A DNA stretch of 64,000 nt, taken from contig CAZGOY010000001.1 of the NCBI GenBank assembly GCA_964527565.1, positions 66,495 through 130,494 on the forward strand, given 5' to 3'. The stretch is from an uncultured Sulfuricella sp. (GTDB taxonomy: Bacteria; Pseudomonadota; Gammaproteobacteria; Burkholderiales; Sulfuricellaceae). Under the pieces are notes generated by a model. The model was not told where the DNA came from. It did not search any database and was given only the letters and a program-made list of their open reading frames with translations. Both the position numbers and the translations under genes were made by a program. The first letter of the stretch is position 1. Each line of letters opens with the position of its first letter. Below are positions 59,901 through 64,000 of the stretch, in pieces.

Positions 59901-60156
59901 TGTTCGCCAGCAAATCGGGCGAGTGGATGCGCTGCACCTCCTTGAGGGCGGTTTGCAGCAGCACCGGGGAGAGCTTGGGGTTGATGCGACGAATAGCCTG
60001 CTCCAACCGTCCGGCCAGCAATACCTCGTCGTAGCGGCTGCGCTCGGGCTTCTCGCCATCGGGGGCGATGTCCGGGCCGTGGACAGCGTCGTAGCCCAAG
60101 CGCTCGAACAGCTTGATGGCAAAATCTTCAATGGCGGATTCGGTGAGTTTGGTCAT
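56935..60156 (-). CDS. hsdR: Type I restriction-modification system restriction subunit HsdR
   Basis: 1073 aa; N-terminal nuclease 'DLVLFVNGMPLVVIELK'; helicase motifs 'HTQGSGKSLSM' and 'IVDEAHRTQ'; long helical C-terminus. Confidence 0.95.
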   Translation of the reverse strand: MTKLTESAIEDFAIKLFERLGYDAVHGPDIAPDGEKPERSRYDEVLLAGRLEQAIRRINPKLSPVLLQTALKEVQRIHSPDLLANNEAFHRLLTEGVKVSRQQDGFDRGELVWLLDFARPENNEFLVINQFTVIENHQNKRPDLVLFVNGMPLVVIELKNASDENATIKAAYRQLETYKQAIPSLFTANAFTVISDGLEARAGTLSSGLSRFMAWKSADGKAEASHLVSQLETLIVGMLNKATLLDLLRFFLVFEKCRKEDAKTGIVSIVTVKKLAAYHQYYAVNAAVASTLRAADMSEPLGVKQTPASYGLPGVAQQPKGDRKADVVWHTQGSGKSLSMVFYTGKIVLAMNNPTVLVITDRNDLDDQLFDTFAASRQLLRQEPVQAESREQLKELLKVASGGVVFSTIQKFQPETGNVYEQLSDRHNIVVIVDEAHRTQYGFSAKTVDEKDASGEVIGKKVVYGFAKYLRDALPSATYLGFTGTPIEKTDVNTPAVFGNYVDIYDIAQAVEDGATVRIYYESRLARVGLSDEGKKLIAELDEELDQDELTETQKAKVKWTKMEALIGSERRIRNIAQDIVSHFEARQEVFSGKGMVVSMSRRIAAELYEEIVKIKPEWHSDDLNKGAIKVVMTAASSDGPLLAKHHTTKEQRRWLAERMKDDDDPLKLVIVRDMWLTGFDAPSMHTLYIDKPMKGHNLMQAIARVNRVHKDKPGGLVVDYLGIAADLKEALSFYSDAGGKGDPTLAQEQAVSLMLEKLEVVSALFHGFAYENYFEADTAQKLSLILAAEEHILGLENGRKRFIDEVTALSQAFAIAVPHEQAMDARDEVGFFQAVKAQLAKFDATGEGRSNEEIETTIRQVIDKALVSEQVIDIFDAAGIRKPDISILSDEFLAELKGYEHKNVALEVLKKLLNDELKARARKNLVQSRSLMEMLENAIKKYHNKILTAAEVMEELIRISKEIVASDDEARHMGLSDFEYAFYTAVANNQSARELMQHEQLRELAVVLTQRVRENASIDWTIKESVKAKLKVIVKRTLRQFGYPPDMQLLATETVLKQAEMIANELAVGYTP

Positions 60157-60176
60157 TTTTTATTGACAATTAAAAA

Positions 60177-60197
60177 ACCACGTCCTAAGGACGTGGT
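60177..60197 (-). terminator. Rho-independent terminator (minus strand) immediately upstream of hsdR
   Basis: accacgtcc-taa-ggacgtggt forms a 9-bp stem, followed on the minus strand by TTTTTTAATT. Confidence 0.5.
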
Positions 60198-60290
60198 CAT
60201 CACCTGACTGGCTTTGCCTGTCAGAAGACCTGCTCATACGGGTACCTTTCTTGGTGTTGTCCCCACAACACTTAAATGAAAGGAAAGAGC

Positions 60291-60386
60291 ATGAGCAGGT
60301 TTGAAAGAGCATCGCACGTAATCTGGCATTGTCAATATCACATTGTATGGGTTCAGAAATATCGGTTTCGAGTTCTTCAAGTGTAA
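60291..60386 (+). pseudogene. IS200/IS605-family TnpA (Y1 transposase), N-terminal 31 codons only
   Basis: 'MSRFERASHVIWHCQYHIVWVQKYRFRVLQV*' matches the IS200 TnpA N-terminus (HxxWxCxYHIV..KYR). Small hairpins lie upstream (60251-60266). Confidence 0.7.
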
Positions 60387-60498
60387 ATCAGCGTGCAAAA
60401 CTGACCAGGAATCCGGGGTGATCAGCGTCCAAATTTGACCACCCCGGTTTGTGCCATCATCCGGCCCTTTTTGGCTGGAGCAACCTGGAGTGATTTGC

Positions 60499-60711
60499 AT
60501 GGAAACCATCGGCAAGATACGCCGCCGTCACAAGGTCAAAGGCGAGAGCATCAGCGCGATGGCCTTCGATCAGCCGCGACTGCGGACGGTCAAGGCGATC
60601 CTCGCCAAGGGGCTGGATAGCCAAGCCGAGCTACAGACGTTCGACGCGCTGGCCGAGACTTATACCCAAGGCGGCCGCTTTTGCCGTGACACGTCACTTT
60701 TATTGAATTGA
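60499..60711 (+). pseudogene. istA: IstA transposase remnant (N-terminal HTH start fused to extreme C-terminus)
   Basis: 'METIGKIRRRHKVKGESISAMA' looks like an IS21 IstA N-terminus, but the ORF is only 70 aa before istB. Confidence 0.5.
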
Positions 60712-60719
60712 GGCACACC

Positions 60720-61508
60720 ATGAATCCTATTCCCGAACTCTCCCCGCTGCTCAAGCAACTGCGCCTGTCCGGCATTCTCGATTCACTGGAGGCGCGCAAC
60801 CGCCAAGCGGTCGACAGCCACCTGGCCTACACGGAATTCCTGTCGCTGTTGATCCAGGACGAGGTGGCGCGCCGCGAGCAGACCAAGCTTCAATCCCGGT
60901 TGCGCCGCGCCAGCTTCCGCTCGCAGAAGACGCTGGATGGCTTTGACTTCGACCGTTTGCCCCAACTCAACCGGAGCTTGGTGCATGATCTGGCGACCGG
61001 GCGTTACATCGAAGAGAAGGTGGCGGTGCTGATCGCCGGCCCGTGCGGCACCGGCAAGAGCCATCTGGCACAGGCGCTGGGGCACGGCGCGGTGCGGCAA
61101 GGCTATGACGTGCTGTTCTCGACGCAAACCCAGTTGCTCGGTAGCCTGCACGGCGCGCGGGCGACCGGCAGTTATGAGCGGCGCTTCCAGCAGTTGGCGC
61201 GGGTGGGTCTGCTGATCATCGACGACTTCGGGCTGAAGCCGCTACGCCCGCCCCAGGACGAGGACTTCCATGATCTGATCGCGGAACGCTACGAGCGGAC
61301 GGCGACAATCCTGACCAGCAACCTCGACTTCGGCGAGTGGGGCGATGCCTTCGCCGCCAACAAAATGCTCGGCGCGGCTACGCTGGATAGGTTGCGTCAT
61401 GCGGCCTACCGGGTCGTTCTGGACGGCGACAGTTTCCGCGCACCGAGACCCATGCCGGACAACTCAAAACCATCACTTGCGAAAGGAGGAAAAAATACGC
61501 ATTCTTGA
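60720..61508 (+). CDS. istB: IS21-family helper ATPase IstB
   Basis: Walker A 'GPCGTGKSHLA', Walker B 'LLIIDDFG', 'TSNLDFGEW'. Confidence 0.9.
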   Translation: MNPIPELSPLLKQLRLSGILDSLEARNRQAVDSHLAYTEFLSLLIQDEVARREQTKLQSRLRRASFRSQKTLDGFDFDRLPQLNRSLVHDLATGRYIEEKVAVLIAGPCGTGKSHLAQALGHGAVRQGYDVLFSTQTQLLGSLHGARATGSYERRFQQLARVGLLIIDDFGLKPLRPPQDEDFHDLIAERYERTATILTSNLDFGEWGDAFAANKMLGAATLDRLRHAAYRVVLDGDSFRAPRPMPDNSKPSLAKGGKNTHS

Positions 61509-61586
61509 CCCCGTTCGAGACCCCGTTTCGGGTGCTTCCAGGTGGCGCCATTAGGCCGATCTTGGGTGGCGCCATTGGGGTGATCC

Positions 61587-61925
61587 GTGACAGCGCCCAA
61601 ATCGCTTGTGAAAATCAAAGACCGCATCAAGCAACAGACGGATCGACGGCTAACTCCGGTACCGCTGAGCGACGTGATGAGGAATATGAATGCCAGCCTT
61701 CGCGGCTGGGTCGGCTACTTCCACTACAGAAACTCCAGCAAGGTGCTCGACAAGGTGAAAACGTATGCGGAAAACCGCCTGCGAACGCACCTGATGAAGC
61801 GTCATAAGATCAGGGATCGGAACACGGCATTAGAGCGATTCCCACGTCAGAAACTTTATGCAGACTACGGGCTATACAAAGTTCCGGTAACGGCGGGCTG
61901 GAAGACAGCGCATGCCTCGGTGTGA
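61587..61925 (+). pseudogene. Group II intron reverse transcriptase/maturase, C-terminal maturase (X/GIIM) fragment only
   Basis: 'KDRIKQQTDRR...MRNMNASLRGWVGYFHYRNS...' is the maturase-specific domain. The RT domain is missing; it was cut at the IS21-like right end. Confidence 0.7.
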
Positions 61926-61937
61926 AGAACATCGGAA

Positions 61938-62013
61938 AGCCGTGTGCGTTAGTAGCGCATGCACGGTTTGATGAGGGAGGGCAGGCGAGAGCCTGTTCTC
62001 TACTCTACCCTAT
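61938..62013 (+). ncRNA. Group II intron ribozyme domains V and VI (3' end of a truncated intron)
   Basis: aAGCCGTGTGCG-TTAGTAG-CGCATGCACGGTTt (61938-61970) fits the 34-nt domain V consensus (AGC triad, 2-nt bulge). It is followed by the GAGGGCAGG/CCTGTTCTC stem with an unpaired A. The 3' boundary is approximate. Confidence 0.65.
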
Positions 62014-62072
62014 TTACTGCTGTGAAAATCAGACTCCCTTTGTTGTTTTCGCAAAACTAGCGGGCGGGTTTT

Positions 62073-62082
62073 TGTGTAAAAT
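62073..62082 (+). promoter_or_regulatory. Extended -10 promoter element (TGTGTAAAAT) of the first DUF1640-like gene
   Basis: TGnTAAAAT lies 28 nt upstream of ATG 62110. An identical 10-mer precedes the paralogue. Confidence 0.4.
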
Positions 62083-62109
62083 GAAGCAACTGTCGATGGA
62101 GTATGAATC

Positions 62110-62406
62110 ATGAGCGCAATTACTTTCGATACTCTCAAATTCGTAGAACGGTTGGAGAAGGCCGGGATGTCGCGCGAGTATGCCGCCGCGCTGGCGGAAG
62201 CGCAGAAGGATTCACTCTCCGAAGTGATGGATGCGCAGTTGGCCACCAAGGGTGACCTGTCCAAAATGGAAAGCACGCTGCAAAAAGAAATCCAGCGACT
62301 GGATTACGAAATTCGGTTGGTCAGGTGGATGGTCGGTCTGTCGCTGGCACTCTCCACTGGCATCTTGGCCTTGCTGGCGAAGCTGGCTTTTACCCTGCCG
62401 CACTGA
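62110..62406 (+). CDS. DUF1640-like coiled-coil protein with C-terminal membrane anchor (copy 1)
   Basis: 98 aa; 'MSAITFDTLKFVERLEKAGMSRE'; C-terminal hydrophobic 'WMVGLSLALSTGILALLAKLAF'. Confidence 0.7.
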   Translation: MSAITFDTLKFVERLEKAGMSREYAAALAEAQKDSLSEVMDAQLATKGDLSKMESTLQKEIQRLDYEIRLVRWMVGLSLALSTGILALLAKLAFTLPH

Positions 62407-62504
62407 ACGGGGTCAAAATAAACAAACTAAAGGACACCCACTTTGTTTAACGTAAGGTCCATTGTACGAATTGGGTGAAATGGTGAGAATATCTGAGCGA
62501 ATTT

Positions 62505-62514
62505 TGTGTAAAAT
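62505..62514 (+). promoter_or_regulatory. Extended -10 promoter element (TGTGTAAAAT) of the second DUF1640-like gene
   Basis: Same 10-mer and same spacing to ATG 62541 as copy 1. Confidence 0.4.
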
Positions 62515-62540
62515 GAAACGACTTACGGGGGGCATGAATC

Positions 62541-62825
62541 ATGAGCACAATTACTTTCGACACATTGAAATTCGTTGAGCGCTTGGAAAAGGCGGGTGCT
62601 TCGCGTGAGTTGGCTTCCGCATTGGTGGAAGTCCAGAAGGAAACGCTGTCGGAAATTATGGATTCCACGCTGGCGACCAAGAGCGACATTCGATCTGTGC
62701 GTGATGATCTGGTAAAAATGGATCGACGCATGGATGGCTTGGATGCCAAGTTCGATAAACTGTCGTGGATGATGGGTATTATTATTGCCTTGGCTGTCGC
62801 CAACTTCGCTAAGCAGTTTTTCTAA
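62541..62825 (+). CDS. DUF1640-like coiled-coil protein with C-terminal membrane anchor (copy 2)
   Basis: 94 aa; 37 of the first 50 residues are identical to copy 1 (counted by eye); C-terminal 'WMMGIIIALAVANFA'. Confidence 0.7.
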   Translation: MSTITFDTLKFVERLEKAGASRELASALVEVQKETLSEIMDSTLATKSDIRSVRDDLVKMDRRMDGLDAKFDKLSWMMGIIIALAVANFAKQFF

Positions 62826-62912
62826 ACTAGGCGGCAGGCCCAGCCCAATAAAGGGGTCAGACCCCTATTCGGCTCTATTGACGGCTAAGTGGCAACTGAC
62901 AAGGGGAGCGAG

Positions 62913-63293
62913 ATGGGCCTTACCTATGCGAGACTGAGATTAACCAATCTTTTCAATCGTCAGCAAGTGCAGGTCACCGCGCTTGTCGATACGGGGGCGA
63001 CTTTCATGTGCGTGACCGAGGAGATTGCCGTGCAACTGGGTTTTGATATTGACGAGGTCAGCCAGCAAACCGTTACCTTGGCGGATGGGCATCAGCGCAA
63101 AGTCCCGAAGATTGCGCCGATAGAGATTGCGTTCGAAAATCGCAGTTATGTGACCGAGGCGGTGGTGTTGGGAAATGAACCTTTGCTTGGCGTCATTCCT
63201 CTGGAGGCAATGGATCTTGTGGTTGATCCTCGCCAGCAGACGTTGACCGTGAATCCGCAACATCCCAATTATCCGGTAGCACTGGCTAAATAA
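62913..63293 (+). CDS. Retropepsin-like (clan AA) aspartic protease
   Basis: 126 aa from ATG 62913 (AAGGGGAG upstream); catalytic 'ALVDTGATFMCV'; 'LLGVIPLEAMDLVVDP'. Confidence 0.7.
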   Translation: MGLTYARLRLTNLFNRQQVQVTALVDTGATFMCVTEEIAVQLGFDIDEVSQQTVTLADGHQRKVPKIAPIEIAFENRSYVTEAVVLGNEPLLGVIPLEAMDLVVDPRQQTLTVNPQHPNYPVALAK

Positions 63294-63295
63294 TC

Positions 63296-64000
63296 GTGCC
63301 TCGCCGTCTCCGGATCGACCTGCCCGGCAATCCACAGCACATTATCCAACGCGGGGTGGATCGGCAGCCGGTATTTTTTTCCGATGACGATTGCAGCCTT
63401 TATCTGGACTGGTTAGGAGTCTATTCGAAAAAGCGCGGCATCTCGCTTCATGCCTACTGCCTGATGACCAACCATGTCCACTTGGTGCTGACGGCTCCAT
63501 CGGCGGCGGAGTTGGGTTGTTTGATGCAGGATATGGGGCGTCGCTATGTCCAGTATGTGAACCGTACTTACCAGCGTAGCGGCGGGTTGTGGCAGGGGCG
63601 CTATAAGTCCAGTTACATTCAGACGGAACGCTATTTGCTGGCATGTCAGCGCTATGTCGAACTTAACCCGGTGCGGGCTGAAATGGTGAAGGCCCCGGGC
63701 GAGTGCCGCTGGAGTAGCTACCGCGCCAATGCACTGGGTGTGGACAATCCCCTGATTACGCCTCACCACGAATACCTGAGCCTCGGCACATCGCCGGAAA
63801 ACCGTCTGCAAGCCTATCGTGAACTGTTTGCGGCGCAGGTGGATGACCCGGATTTGGCTCTTATCCGTGCCGCTACCCAGCAGGGTGTTGTGGTAAGTGA
63901 CGGATGTTTTGCCGAAGCTATCGAAAAACGCTTGGGACAAGTTGTGCAACCCAGACTGAGAGGGCGGCCAAAAAAACAGGATCAAACAAAGGGAGAATAA
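63296..64000 (+). CDS. REP-associated tyrosine transposase (RAYT; IS200-like Y1 family)
   Basis: 234 aa; 'HIIQRGVDRQPVFF', HUH 'NHVHLVL', catalytic-Tyr helix 'RYVELNPVRAEMV'. GTG start lies 2 nt after the protease stop. TAA is at the window end. Confidence 0.85.
   Translation: MPRRLRIDLPGNPQHIIQRGVDRQPVFFSDDDCSLYLDWLGVYSKKRGISLHAYCLMTNHVHLVLTAPSAAELGCLMQDMGRRYVQYVNRTYQRSGGLWQGRYKSSYIQTERYLLACQRYVELNPVRAEMVKAPGECRWSSYRANALGVDNPLITPHHEYLSLGTSPENRLQAYRELFAAQVDDPDLALIRAATQQGVVVSDGCFAEAIEKRLGQVVQPRLRGRPKKQDQTKGE

Larger units (their letters stand above)
60383..61592 (+). mobile_element. IS21-family element with internally deleted istA and intact istB (boundaries approximate)
   Basis: The left end carries direct copies atcagcgtgcaaaactgacca / atcagcgtccaaatttgacca. 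The right end carries ggtggcgccattaggccgat / ggtggcgccattggggtgat. This resembles the multiple terminal repeats of IS21 ends, and TGT...ACA termini are plausible. Confidence 0.6.

Noticed and set aside
58846-60207. 453-aa ORF antisense to hsdR
   Set aside because: hsdR helicase and nuclease motifs are on the other strand. This is an antisense artefact.
62852-62866. Shared 10-mer GGGGTCAGAC between this hairpin and the IS4-type terminal repeats (5782-5791, 6691-6700)
   Set aside because: The match is too short to argue for relatedness. The remainder of the sequences differ, so it is probably coincidental in GC-rich DNA.

Overview
GC-rich chromosomal segment whose gene content points to a sulfur-oxidising, CO2-fixing betaproteobacterium of the Thiobacillus/Sulfuricella type. 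That assignment is an inference; no rRNA or tRNA is present to confirm it. All family assignments come from reading the supplied translations against remembered family motifs, because no searches could be run. Core content, left to right: (1) housekeeping genes (murU-like, pepP, dsbC, cytochrome b). (2) A visibly AT-richer islet with one 684-aa orphan membrane-anchored protein next to an internally deleted IS4-type element. (3) A minus-strand string dacC, acyltransferase, hypothetical, sseA, a cysteine-less DsrC/TusE paralogue, an orphan Cas6/Cmx6-like RAMP protein and a small ORF, placed divergently to (4) a complete reverse-type dsr locus, dsrABEFHCMKLJOPNR. (5) pdxA-rsmA-gshB-apbE. (6) A small accessory islet with an AAA ATPase and a TacA/TacT toxin-antitoxin pair. 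(7) cbbR divergent from cbbLSQO (form IA RuBisCO), with a MITE-like insertion inside the cbbL-cbbS spacer. (8) A degenerate PurC paralogue translationally coupled to a zinc-ribbon protein, then SbtA-like/PII-like, ppc, purE, purK and an aldolase-Dabb fusion. (9) Form II RuBisCO cbbM downstream of a TetR-controlled RND efflux operon. (10) A LytTR response regulator overlapping a solitary type I restriction hsdR. (11) A mobile-element graveyard (IS200 fragment, IS21-like element with deleted istA, 3' end of a group II intron), followed by tandem DUF1640-like genes, a retropepsin-like protease and a REP-associated tyrosine transposase. No CRISPR array was found. The most novel-looking candidates are the 684-aa orphan in the islet, the orphan Cas6-like plus Cys-less DsrC pair beside dsrA, and the pseudo-PurC/zinc-ribbon pair inside the carbon-fixation region.
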